Shown one piece after another: positions 38,247-51,500 of a stretch of DNA of 64,000 nt. The translations under genes were made by a program, and so were the position numbers. The first letter of the stretch is position 1; the number at the start of each line of letters is the position of its first letter. The notes below the pieces were generated by a model. That model was not told where the DNA came from. It saw only the letters and a program-made list of their open reading frames with translations, and did no database searches. This stretch comes from Lingula anatina (taxonomy: Eukaryota; Animalia; Brachiopoda), in assembly GCA_051362555.1 (NCBI GenBank), contig CM120647.1, positions 4,464,001 through 4,528,000 on the forward strand, in the 5' to 3' direction.

Positions 38247-39089
38247 AAAGAGAATCAGTTACTATATTATATAATATATGAGGAAAAGAAGAGATGTCTT
38301 GGATGGTATCGGTAAAAATAATATCGGACAAAACAGGCTCGTACATGTTGTACACTGACTGAGCGGGGAGGTACTCCAAAAGGATACGTAAGTGCATGTA
38401 AACATTTACGTTGACTAAAAAATACACACAATAAAGTAAGTGGGGGAGGAGCGGACAAAAAAGTTTCTGGGGTAAACCTTAGCCCATTAAATCTATGTTA
38501 TATTTCTCGTAAAATTTTATACAAAGGTGAAATACACTTATCCAGCCATTAAAAGTGTGATCCTAAAAAAGGCAACCTTTTTAATTTTGGAGGCACACTA
38601 AGGAAAAATTAAGGAAGTGACATGTCTAAAAGAGTTATTGTCAATTCCCATGTTTGTGTGGCCACCGTTATTCAGCTACGAGGAGCATGGATAGAGCGTA
38701 CTGTATGACCAAGTATTGGAACTTGACTGACTTAAATGTTTCCAATTTCTACAGAATTTGCAAGGATAAAATGGTAATCCTTATGAAACAATATGGCAAA
38801 AGTAAGTAGAAAATATCAAAATTGTATCAAAATGGAAAGTAAAATAGGACGTTTTTTATGGACCACCCTGTGCATTCATGTCGAATAATTTAATACTTAT
38901 TGACGACATCTCCCATCTGTCTGGGTAACATACATGTAGTATAACACAGACATCGACCATCTGGTTCTGGGCAGGTCTTTCGAAGCAGTTCCCGCCCTTG
39001 TTATGATCATATGTTACGCCTGCTTGGTCTATATAAATGTCTCGTCAGATGCAACATTATCTAAGAAAACGACGCATCACTTTCACGAC

Positions 39090-42000
39090 ATGGACAGCGT
39101 TGTAAGGTAAGCACCGCTACAGGGCAACTACATAGTAAAAGGAATGCGGGTGCGATTTCTTCGCCGTGTGATGTTTCATAAAACTATACTAAAGCACATC
39201 AGTAAAATAATATACATAGTTTATAGGTAACGGGTAAGGTTAGCGAGCCGTTCATATATGGAGTAGACTATTATTGTAAAATATATACCTGTTTTCTTCA
39301 GACAGGAATATACACATACAGCACATGTATCTAAGAAAACGACGCATCACTTTCACGTATTCTGCAACGCGCGGCTTCCAATTCAGTCTTCATCCATGTT
39401 ACTTTTGCAATAATTGTTTCTATGGAATGATGATGTATAACAATGCCTCCCTTTTTTATTAAAGAATGATGCTAAACGATGAGTCTACTATTGGCAGCGA
39501 GAAGCTAGGCTGGGTTCCCATTCCTAGATCGATCCAACAAGACCGATCTATCTTCAATGGTTTATTGTTAACTTGCTCTCCGCTTAAGCGGATTAGATGT
39601 CTGGCACGCCTACTGAAGCTGCTTAACGATAATAAATTAACCCCTAGCAGGTTCAGTTGGCGTGAGAGACATGTACGCCACTCAAGTTGATTGTTAGTTT
39701 GATAGTGTCTGGGAATGGTTCCTTAGACTGACCGTTTTTCACTCGTTATCATTTGTTTATTAAAACTTTGTATTGTGTTTGTCATCCTGGTGATTTGACG
39801 CATAAAGCAATTTTACTGCGTACTTCAAACCAACTCATATTTTGTAAGCTCAGCTTATACAATCAGGTGTGCGTTGGCCTTTAAATGGTGGATTGGTAGT
39901 ACGCGACGGGCGATTGACGGCAGAGGACTTACGGCAATCCTTCATGTCGCAATATCTTAAACCATTCAACATTGAAAATCCGCTACGGAAGTGAAACATT
40001 CTTTCCAAGTCTTGCGAATCAAAAAAGTCCGACCCACTTAAATATTTGTCGCGAAATTCCCGCGGGAATTTTATAAGAGTTTATACCAAGCTCGGCTGTC
40101 ACCTTGATTGGATAGTAAACGACTGTCGTCCACTCTAACCTCTCATTTCGAAAAAGAAGTCATGCCATTGGACAATGCGTCCTCGGCGGTTACGTCATTT
40201 CCTGAATTGGATTGTGGAGAGGACCGACTCAAGCGTCAAACAGGGAATTTGGATTTACGGTTCGATTGTGCGTATGCCATTCACGGAATTTGCAAACGAG
40301 CGAAGGGAGGATGTAGCCTGCAGTATTTGCAGTAAACGTGCCAAGTTATAGGCCGCTCCGATACCCGGCAGTATTTTATTTCGATTATTATATTTAAAAT
40401 TGTGGAATCTTGTTTCACAAGCTTACTCTATTTAATTGTCTCTATGTAGGTATATGGGGACTTTACGACATTCGGTTTGAAGGCTTTAACCACTTGTTAT
40501 AGTTTATTTTTGCATGGCATTGGATTAATGTGGCAGTCCAAGGTTGTCCAAGGTTGTTTTTAAGTTTATGCACCCGGTTTTGATATCATTTAGCGATTTT
40601 ACGACAATCGTTTACTATCCAATCAAGGTGACAGCCGAGCGTGGTTTACTCGATAAGTTTTAAATGGGTCGCAACATTTAATCCGCGGGTTTGTTACTCC
40701 GCTGTTGTGAATGCGATCATATAAATATTAAGAAATATTAAGAAAATGGATGAAATGGATGAAATATTTCATTCGTCCTGGGGGAATAGTCCAGGGGGAT
40801 TGTCCGGGGGAGGGGGGTTGTCCTCATATCTATTCAAGGTATTGAAGAAACCATTTACTGTTCCGATACAAACGTGGCACTGTCATTTCCAAGTATCATC
40901 TTGTCACTCTTTGCAGCATCAAAGCGTTCATTGTGGCCTCTATTCTCGGCATTATGGGAATGGCAAATGCTGGCCGTGGACTAAAGCTCAACGACCGCCG
41001 TGACACCTGTTCCAACAGTGCCACCCCCTGCTATGACTATGTCCTCACCTACATTATGGACGGAAGAACAGACAATCTATTTCGCCAAAGCCGCAGCGAG
41101 ATTCTGGCTCATCACCAGTTGGCAGGGAGAACTGAATCTGACGCTATTCTGGAGGGGAAAATGGCGACCGCCTGGCTGAAGGTATGGAGTGTTTTTGTTT
41201 TTGTCCAGTCTGATTTTTATAAAAGCAGTCCTTTTATATTTTATCACAACTTAATTAACTGAAATTACTTCAATTTTTCAATAGACTGTTGCAGACTAGA
41301 CAGACTACATAGGGTTTCATGTTGTCAGAATCTCATGCATCGTATTAAAAATACACCTTTGTTAATAACGACATCAATATCAGCAACTTTGGACAATGTT
41401 TCAAAACGTTTTAAGATATTTCAGTAGTTTTAAATGACATCGTAGTACAATTGCAGTCCGATCTCTTATCAATATGTTGATCAGCAAATATATTGTCACT
41501 TAGGATACTTCAGATGCAATCCCCTAATAATAAGATTAATAATAAATAAGATAAATCTAAGTCTCTAAACGATACATTTCATGGTATAGAACCTTAAAAA
41601 GCTAACATCGCTATTTAATCAGGGCCTTTGTCAATGTCATTCTTCACAGTTATTTAACCTGCTTAGATATCAGCGCTTATTTTGTCTCAACATCATTGTA
41701 TTTCTTTCAGACAAAATACGGTATTGACTTCACCGATGTGGCGGATGACGTGTACTTAGATGGTACCCAGGCTGTGACAAGTGCTGGCGGCTCCTTAACA
41801 TTCAGAACTTTCATATTGGACCCTGCTGCTAGATATAGACTAGTGTCGGCCAGCAAACAACATGAGGTGGAATTCTTTAACGTCCCGATTTCTGACTCGG
41901 GTAAGTGAGCACACTGGAGTCAGTTAGGACCACGTACATGTAGCAGATGATTAAATGTTTGTTAGTACTTTTTGTAAACCACGCATATACAAACAACGCT

Positions 42001-42631
42001 CAGACAGGCAGACAGACAGACAGACAGTCGCACAGCTGTTTAGTCCACACGCATATATCTACATTTAGCATATATCTACATTTAGCATTGAGGTACGAGA
42101 AAACTTCATTTTGGGGGGTAATTCCCTTGGATCTCGAGGGCCTATAAATATCATATTGAAATAAGAAAGGAAGTCTGTTTACACAGTAATGCAATTTTAT
42201 CATCGTACACGTACCACAGTAGTACCACCGTTTATGATGGCATGTCTTTGAAACTTTCAGGCTGGATAGTCATGGTGAACGACGACTATCAAGCTGGCGG
42301 TACCTTCAACATGGCTTTACCAAAGGGAAGCACTATCCTCTACGGTGATTACGTCATTCCCCTTTGTGATAGCATGGGGAATAAGAACAAGAACAGAATG
42401 AATAAGTACAACTTCTCCTACGGCAATCCTTCATGTCGCAATATCTTAAACCAATCAAAACTGAAGATCCACTACGAAAGTGATACATTCCTTCCAAGTG
42501 TCGGCGTTATTAACTGTGTCCTCAAGGAAACGTCGTGGGGGATTGGCGTGGCACAAGGGGTGTTGTTAGTAGAAGCCGACAATAAAGTCTCTATTCGCAA
42601 CGTGTTGACTTTTCCCGCGACGCAGCCGTAA
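39090..42631 (+). CDS. Uncharacterised secreted protein family, copy 4 (intact, 280 aa)
   Basis: Exons 39090-39106, 40917-41181, 41711-41900 and 42261-42631 total 843 nt with all GT-AG introns. The product is MDSVVSIKAFIVASILGIMGMANA...KYGIDF...GGTF..YGDYVIP...WGIGVAQG...IRNVLTFPATQP*. Confidence 0.88.
39930..40010 (+). other. 81-bp exon-4 fragment in intron 1 of copy 4
   Basis: Same fragment and flanks as 415-495. Confidence 0.85.
40085..40645. mobile_element. MITE with about 38-bp TIRs in intron 1 of copy 4
   Basis: accaagctcggctgtcaccttgattggatagtaaacga / tcgtttactatccaatcaaggtgacagccgagcgtggt. Absent from the other copies; the target duplication is ambiguous. Confidence 0.75.
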
Positions 42632-44140
42632 ATAGGGGAGTTCCATATCTCCTGGCTCTTGATATAATGCATATTAAATAATGCTCAGATGGAAATACTT
42701 TAGAATAGCATTGTTGCCATTGTTACACTTTTTTTATCCGGATACAAAAAATGAAGTTTATATTGTATCTATTTAGCCAATAATGCATCTGTATTCATGC
42801 TGCCTGGAAACAATAAAAAAAAAAAACCTTCGAAAGTATCAAATCTCGGTGTATACATTTCTCGTTGCCATGTGTAAGTATAGGCAATTATTAGATTAAG
42901 GCTTTTATTGTCTATCTAACACCTACTTTGAATTGAGATACCGGTTAGATTGTGTCTCCACTCGAGAAAGGTTCAGATGTCATTCGGCCTATTTTATTCA
43001 AACATTATTTCTCTAGCCGTAAGCCATTACCGTTCATATACGTATATCTTATATGTTATTAAGGTATAAACTTAATATGTTTTTTTAGGTCTTAATGTCC
43101 GAGAAAATAATGATAGGAGGCACGCTGTTAGTCGTGGTGACGCCTAATTGGGAAGTTAAGGTGAATATATAATATATGTGTATGTGTAACCCGCCAGTAT
43201 TCCATCTTTTCCCTCGGTCTTCTAAGCTAAGGTCCTCTCTGTCTCACTACTTTTAAATGTCTGGCAAAATCAGTACAGGAAAGGCTAGACTGAGATTGTG
43301 CTAGTTGTGTTTCTGGTACTTCCGGTGCAATCATTGCACCAACAGTTTGTTTTTACTCATATTCCAGCAATTTGCATAATATTTCTAATTTTCTGCAATT
43401 ACCTCTTGTATATACAGAATTGTCGTTTACCCTATGGGACCTTATAGGAAATTGGCATTTTTTTTCTTGGATGCTATTTGGTCTCAAATCGTTGCATTGA
43501 TTGTCTCATTGTTCAAACAATAATGAAGACGCTGCTGCTGCTTATGCGGTTTGGAGAATGTGCTTTTCGTAGTCGTTCAGTTCACACAACAAGTCAAAGG
43601 ACATTTACAGCGTTATTACCATCAGGTTGGTTTTTGTACTTCATGTTCTTGTAGCAACTAGTGTGGGTCCGTCAAAATGAGATAAGGAAAGCTACTACTG
43701 TGAATCAGTGAACACTTTCAAATTACAAACATAAATCTTGTCAAAGGTCTGAACAGAGAAGCAGTTTGGATAAGTTCAGAACATGCTTTGTATTCACACG
43801 GCAGTTTTGAACACGCTAAGACTGATAATTGACGCCAACGCCACCATTTTCATTGAAAGTTAATGGTCTTATAGCATGTTAAACTGCATATTTGTATGAC
43901 CTGAGATATACATTCTGTGTAAGCATATGTCAAGAACTGGTGTTTGGCTCATCTTGACATAGAGAATATCTACATCTCAGCATAAACAGGACAACGCCAA
44001 ATACATTAAAACTGATAATAATCACTACAAAAAATCCGATGACGCTGTTTAGTGACCCCACTATATCAACGGAAATGTGCCATTACGGATTTTGTGTACA
44101 CACAGATATATGAATTCACTACAACGGATTTAATTTTTCG

Positions 44141-44229
<89 letters not shown>

Positions 44230-44748
44230 AAAGAGAGTCAGTTACTATATTATATAATATATGAGGAAAATGTCTTGGATGGTACCTTATATTGTTAATA
44301 AAAAACATCGGCCAAACAGGCTCGTACATTTTGTCCACTGACTGGGCGGGGTAGTACTCAAAAGGACGCGTAAGCGCATTAAACATTTACGTTGACTAAA
44401 AAAAAATACAAACAATAAAGTAAATGAGGGGGGGGGGCGGACAAAAAAATTCCTAGGTAAACCTCAGCCTATTAAATCTATGTTGATTTTCTCATGCAAT
44501 TTTATACAAAGAGTGAAGTGCATCCATAAAAAACGACCCCTTTTACTTTAGTGGTACACCCTAAGGAAAGAATCTAAGTTAACAGTCCACATAATCTTGA
44601 CACTATGAAGACCAACATACCGCGAGAATTAAGAAACTGACATGTCTGCGAGAGTTATGGCCAATTCCCATGTTCGTGACCAGCGTTATTCAGCAGCGAT
44701 GAGAATGGATAGATCATATCATCAGGTATTATAATTTGAGTAACTTAA

Positions 44749-45088
44749 TGGGATAATAACTCTTCGTTTTGGCCAAAAAATGAATTTTCCTTGAGTAAAC
44801 AACAATTTTCCCGTACTTACCAATGGTTAATGAATCCATTTTTACATTCAAAGTTAGTCCCAGTTTTTTTTTCTAAAAAGTTTGTTTTTTTTTGTTAAAA
44901 TCTCTTAAGAGATTTTAACAGAGTATAGCCATCAATGGAGGTCACGTGGTCTAAAGACAAACTCAGATATCAGAATAATAGCTATAACTGTCATTTTTGT
45001 GGTAAAACAGAATATATTATATTTCTATGAGTTATTCACAATGTTTTTATTGTGAAGTATAGATCTCATACAAAGAGTTATTATCCCT
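44749..45088. mobile_element. Kolobok-like MITE, second copy
   Basis: TTAA-flanked and nearly identical to 23372-23709. Confidence 0.75.
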
Positions 45089-45559
45089 TTAAATGTTTCC
45101 AATTTCTACAGAATTTGCAAGGATAAAATGGTTAGCCTTTTAAACAATGTGGTAAAAGAAATTCCTAAATTATATCAAAGTTGCGATTGAAAGTAAAATA
45201 GGTTGTTTTTTATGGACCATCCTGTGCATACATGTCAAATGAAGAAAAATATTAAATTAATGAATTGACCAGTTATCTTCAACCATATTTATCTAAATGA
45301 AGAATGGAATTTTGAAACACCGAATAACTATGGCCATTGATCTGCACTCATCTACACTGTTAAGATTTTAGTAACAATTTAAATGACGACATCTCCCATC
45401 TGGCTGGGTAACATTTTACATAACACAGACATCGACAATCTGGTTCTGGGCAGGTCCTTCGAAGCAGTCATCGCCCTTGTAATGATCATATGTTACGCCT
45501 GCTTGGTCTATATAAATGTCTCGTCTTGCGCAATATTGTCTATGTAATCGACGCACGTC

Positions 45560-48500
45560 ATGGACAGCGTTGTAAGGTAAGCACCGCTACAGAGCAGCTA
45601 GATACAGGTAATACTAGAATGCAGGTGCGATTTCTTCGCCGTGTGATGTTTCATAAAGCTATGCATAAGTATATTCTTAAAATAATATACTTGGTTTATA
45701 TGTAATGGATGACTTACAACTAAATCATGTTTAGAGAAATGCGATGCAATGTGGAGAAGGAAAAAATCATTTTAAAGCGATCTTAGTCGCCAAAATAGGT
45801 GAATTCGAGAAATGACCTCGATGAGGTCAGAAAGCCGTTCGTATATGGAGTAGACTACTATTGTAAACTATAGTCGCACGCAATGAAAACGCACCACCCA
45901 TAAAGAAAAATAACCCAACTGAGGACCTTTGGCACCAGCTTGGACGCTGTGTGTACAGCGGCGCTCGGCAAATCCACAGCCGCCAGGATCAGGGCTCGGA
46001 ATCTCGAAAGGTTCGCTATGTTGCGCACGAGCGTTAGTGTCTCGATTCCATAACCGATTCTATTGCGAGATACGGGGCCATGGAATCGAGACACTTGCGT
46101 ACGTGCGCAACATAGCGAACCTTTCGAGATACGGAGCCCTGATTGACGCACTTGCGAATGCTATTCCACAATATCGAATACAGTGATTGATCCGCAGTAT
46201 GCGCCGCCGTTGTCAGGCTGTGATCGATGCAATAGGTGAGCATACCGGATACTGAGGTTTGTGATTTTTGGATTTCTACCAGCCTTGTTTAAGGCGTTAC
46301 CTTGCAGAGCTTACGATAAAAACTGTTATTACTGCTGTGCCATGTGTGCTATAATGCCTAATCATTGTCCTATTATAAGATATATGAGATTTCAAACTCC
46401 CTTTCAGATAAATACATTAGCTTACTTTTTATGGCTGGTGCGTTTTCTTTGCGTGGGAGTATATATACCTGTTTTCTTCAGACATGAATATGGAAGAATT
46501 ATGCGAATATGCCTCCCTTTTTTGATAAATTATTCCGTTAAGCGACGCATCTGCCATTGACAACGAGAAGACTGGGTTCCCATACCTTCATCGATCTAAC
46601 AAGATCGATCCATCTCCGAGGGGTTTCTCACAAACTTGCTTTCAACGACAAGTTTTTAAATGGGTCGCAACATTTAATCCGCGGGTTTGTTACTCCGCTG
46701 TTGTGAATGCGGTCATATTCAAGAATTCTAGCCCCCCCCCCCCCAACCCGATCAATAAGAAATATTCAGAAAATGGATGAAATGGATGAAAATATTTCAT
46801 TCGTCCGGGGGGGAATTGTCCGGGGGGAATTGTCCGGGGAGGGGGATTGTCCTGATACCTATTCAAGGTACTGAAGAAACCATCTTACTGATACGATACA
46901 AACAAGGCACTGTCATTTCTTAGTATTATAGTACCGATATTTCGCCAGTACTATAAATGAAGAACATACATCTTTTGGGGGCCTAAAAGATTTATTCGTA
47001 TATTCTTATTTTCCAGTTACAATGCATTCTCTTTTATCCTATAGATCATCATTCCAATGTCATGATGTATCACAAAGTCTTTCTCCTACATTACCTTATT
47101 TGGTAATGTAATAATTCCTCAGCTCTTACACAATGTCTATGGTTATCCCTTTTTCCATAACTTTCCATCATTACGTCATTACCAAAATATAATCATTCTC
47201 TTATTAGGCAATGGTATGTTACTTGACCTTAGGTCGCCATTTCTATTAATACAGATTTTTCATTGTATCATCCTGAAGGAATGATAACTATACTCCATTA
47301 TTCTTTTTTTATTATTGAACAACACATGCACTCTTTAACTTTCTTACTTACACTATTTAACCTCTTAACAAATGTATATTGTATTAGTTATGAAAGGTAC
47401 AATATATTCATTACAATCACAACTTTGTATCTGTACTTTTAATCATTTTCATTACGATATACACCCTCTCTTCAAATAAATTCGTCCTCGAATTCCCTTT
47501 TTTTATTACGATATACATTCTTTCTATTTTATTGAATGTAGAAGCACAAGCATTGCATAATTAAAAAAAAATCTATTTAAAAAGTTTAAAATACTGTCAT
47601 TAGACTTAATAATATGGTATAATATAGATATATATATATATAGTTATATAGTTGACATGAAACAATGAATATATTAGAAAGGATAAATAATACTAATCAA
47701 ATTTTGCGATACGCGTGGATGCGTAATGTGTTTTCCTTTATTGTCTTTAATGTGCGGCCCAAGAATACACATGCTGAACTTTATTAATAATTTTGTGTAA
47801 TTTTAACATGTAATTCTCTTATTATGGCTCTGACACATTTTATCATATCTTCTTAAATACACTACGTTGGATTATAGGGTCATGACTCCTTTTCGAATAT
47901 ACAGCCATCATCACCAACATTGTGACCAGCACATTGTCCGTGGTGAAAATCTGCATTTCGTTTGTTATTATCATCCATACTGTAGTGTTTTCCTTTATGG
48001 TTGTGAATAACCACTATTTATAATACATTTACGTACATCCACAATTTGTTGATATTCAAAAACAATAATTCCTTTAAAAATTTATATTTGTTGTTCCATG
48101 TCATCTTGCTTTCTAAAATAGAAATTAGTTCCAATACATTAATTTGCATGCAATTTAGTCTACTGCTAATAATATATCGTTATAAAGTGTATAAAGTCTA
48201 AGATAACAACAATATACTTACATGTATATTATTTAATAGTAATTCTTAACATATTACGCAATATGTCAATGACATTTAAATCATTAACCATTTGTCAAGG
48301 ATATAATGTTTTATAATTTTAATAATTAAATTAAAGTTCATTCAATGAAAATGATGTTTATTCTGCATCATTTACAACAAAATAAACGTATAGTCCGTGT
48401 TTGTGACTATTCTTGTGAATAAATGTCCACAGTTTCCTGTATATTCAATAATATTCAATTGGAAATCTCCACTAATATTTCCATTATAAATCATTCATAA

Positions 48501-51500
48501 ATGTTAATCAAATATGAAATTATGTCATATTCATTCACTGAATAATTCATTGTGACAATATTAATAATATAGTATACGTATATGTATGTACATTAAAAGT
48601 TAATGTTCATTTGTTCCAACATTTTGTCTCTGGAACTGAGTTCATTACATTTCATGTAAAATCAGTTCATCTCATTTCAATGTCATATGTCCGTCTGAAT
48701 TTATTAATTATTGGTACATTCCATACACATAAACACATTTAACATAAAAAATATTTCTAAATACAAACTGTCGTACACACATCATGAATGCAATTGCTAT
48801 GCTCCGTAATTTTACTATGCCGTTCTTTTAAAATTTGATGGTTTGAAAATATCAAGTTATATTTAAGATTCTAAGTTTGATCCGGTGCACGTTGGTTGAC
48901 AATATCGAATGTAGGATAACATTCCAGCATGTTTAATGGCTAAAAACTTGTAAAATTCGCGATCAATAATTTTGTGTAATTGTATTGCTTTTATAAACGA
49001 AATCGGAACACGTGCTGGTAGTTGTATTGTCTGACCAGTTACGTAGTTTGTTATCACCAAATCATGCCAATCAATCAATAAATTTGATCTAATTTTACCT
49101 TCAATTTGTAAAATATCAGAGATCTGCGTCATATGAAAATGCCAGGAATGAGGACTTCCATTTAGTTGAATAATAGGAATAGTAATGCATCGTTGGTCAT
49201 TGGCAATTTCTAAAATAAGAAGTGCCTTGTGGAAGATGCATAATTTCTTAATAATTTTATCTCGTATCCAAACTATAGCCAAAATTACACAAACACATGC
49301 AGTTAGAAATGTTATGAAGGAATATGGATCATCACAAGTTGTTTGTACTTCATAATTAATTTTTGTAGTTGTACCCCATATCCATGTTGGTACAGTTGGC
49401 ATCGCTTCACCTGTATTAACATTTTTAAGGGTCATCACTGTTAGCGTTAAAATGCGAATCTTGATACATAAGTAGATCACAACGAGCATAATCGCACTCG
49501 AAACTGCTAAGGAAATCCAAACTAAAGATTGTTTTGAATTTGATGGAAGCAAAATCTCATTTGCTGCAATAGCATCTGCCATTGAAGAATACATTCTTTT
49601 ATTGTGTTTTGCTGCTTGAGCTAGTTTTCTTAAATTCAAATGATCTTTCATATCCTGCGCTAAAAATTTCGAAAAATCTTGTTGGTACATGTGTAATCTG
49701 GAAGAATTAGTATCAAGGGGTTGAGAAAAGAAATCATTACTTCCTATTTGTGATATTTCTTTGTTGGAATAAAAATATTGCAGTAAACCAAGATTAACAG
49801 GGTGTAATTTTGTAATTGATGTATCATTCTTGCTGTTGTTGTTTCAATCTATCTTTTTCATTTTCAATTTTTACGTCAATAGCAAATATCTGACTATTTC
49901 CATTCTCATTTTGTCTATTTACATTTTCTGTTTCTGTTGCTACATATAACCTAGCTTGCACCAAACCACTGTTTTGACACTTCTGTCTGCTTATATCATC
50001 CACGACATGTACACAATCTTTGTTTGGTAAACAATTGTCTTCATCATATTCGCGTCTTGAAAGAGCATCAGCTGGGTTTGTTTTTCCAGCTCTGTGTTCA
50101 ATTTCAAAATCGAGGCCCTGTAATTTCAATGCCCATCTTATCAATCTACCTGTGGAATGTTTCAACGTTTGTAACCACGTAATGGCTTTGTTATCTGTGA
50201 AAACTTTGAAATGATTATTAGCCAAATACGATTCAAACTGCTTTATTCCTTCTACTACTGCTAAACATTCTAATTCATATATTGAGTAATTCTTTTCTGC
50301 ATTGTTTAAAGATCTTCCACCGTAGGCAATAACTCTTTCTCGGTTATTTTCATCCTTTTGACCTAAAATAAAACCTATTGCTTTAATAGATGCATCTGTG
50401 GTTAATATGAATTCTTTTGTCATATCCGGATATACTAAGATGGGTGGTGACACAAGTAAGTCTTTCAATTGTTGAAATGCTGACTGACATTCTTGATTCC
50501 ATTCAAATTGAACATTTGTTCTCAATAATTTGTTCAAAGGTTCAGTTATTTTACTGAAGTCTTTAATAAATCTCCTATAAAAATTGCACAATCCTAGATA
50601 ACTTCTCACATCTTTTGTACTTTTTGGAACAGGAAAAGATTTCACTGCCTCTAACTTTTTATCGTCTGGTTTGATACCATCTTTTCTAATCACATGCCCT
50701 AAGTATTCAACTTCTTGCGTTGCAAATTTACATTTACTTGGTTTCAGTTTTAGGTTGGCCTCACGTAACTTTTTGAACACTAAATCCAAATGATTCAAAT
50801 GATCTTCAAACGTTTTGCTCATTACCAATATATCATCGATATATATCAGAACATTTTTCCAATTCATATCTTTGAACAGGTCATTCATAAGAGCTTGTAG
50901 ACTAACACCTGCATTCCTGAGTCCAAATGGTAATTTAAGAAATTGAAAATGTCCATGGTGTGTAATAAATGCAGTTTTGTGTTTTGTTTTGGGATCTAAT
51001 TTTAATTGCCAATATGCTCCTGCCATATCTAACGAACTGAAATATTCAGGTTTTGCACTTCCAATTGCATCAAAAACGTCCTCTAAACGAGGTAATGGCC
51101 AATGCATAGGCACTGTAACTTTGTTCAGCTTTCTATAATCGATTGCAAATCTGTATTCGTTCGTTTTCTTTTTCACTAAAACTACAGGAGAACTATATGC
51201 ACTCATACTTTCTTCTATAATCCCATGTTTCAACATTTCGTCAACTTGTCTTACAATCTCTTCTTTTAATTTTGGAGATGTTCGGTAAAACGTTTGTTTA
51301 ATGGGAATATCATTTTCTGTCTGGATATAATGTTCATATCTGCTGGCCGTGCCTAACTCTGACATGTCTTTAGCAAAAACGTCACGATTTCGACCAATCA
51401 ATATTCTGAGTTGTTCTTTTTGATTTTCATTCAAATTAGAATTTATGATATCTATTCTCAGTTCTTCTGTATTTTTAAGTGCTATCTCTTTAGATATATT

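Noticed and set aside
47460-48862. Extra accessory ORF in the long 3' region of the LTR element
   Set aside because: Only very short ORFs in AT-rich sequence; nothing supportable.
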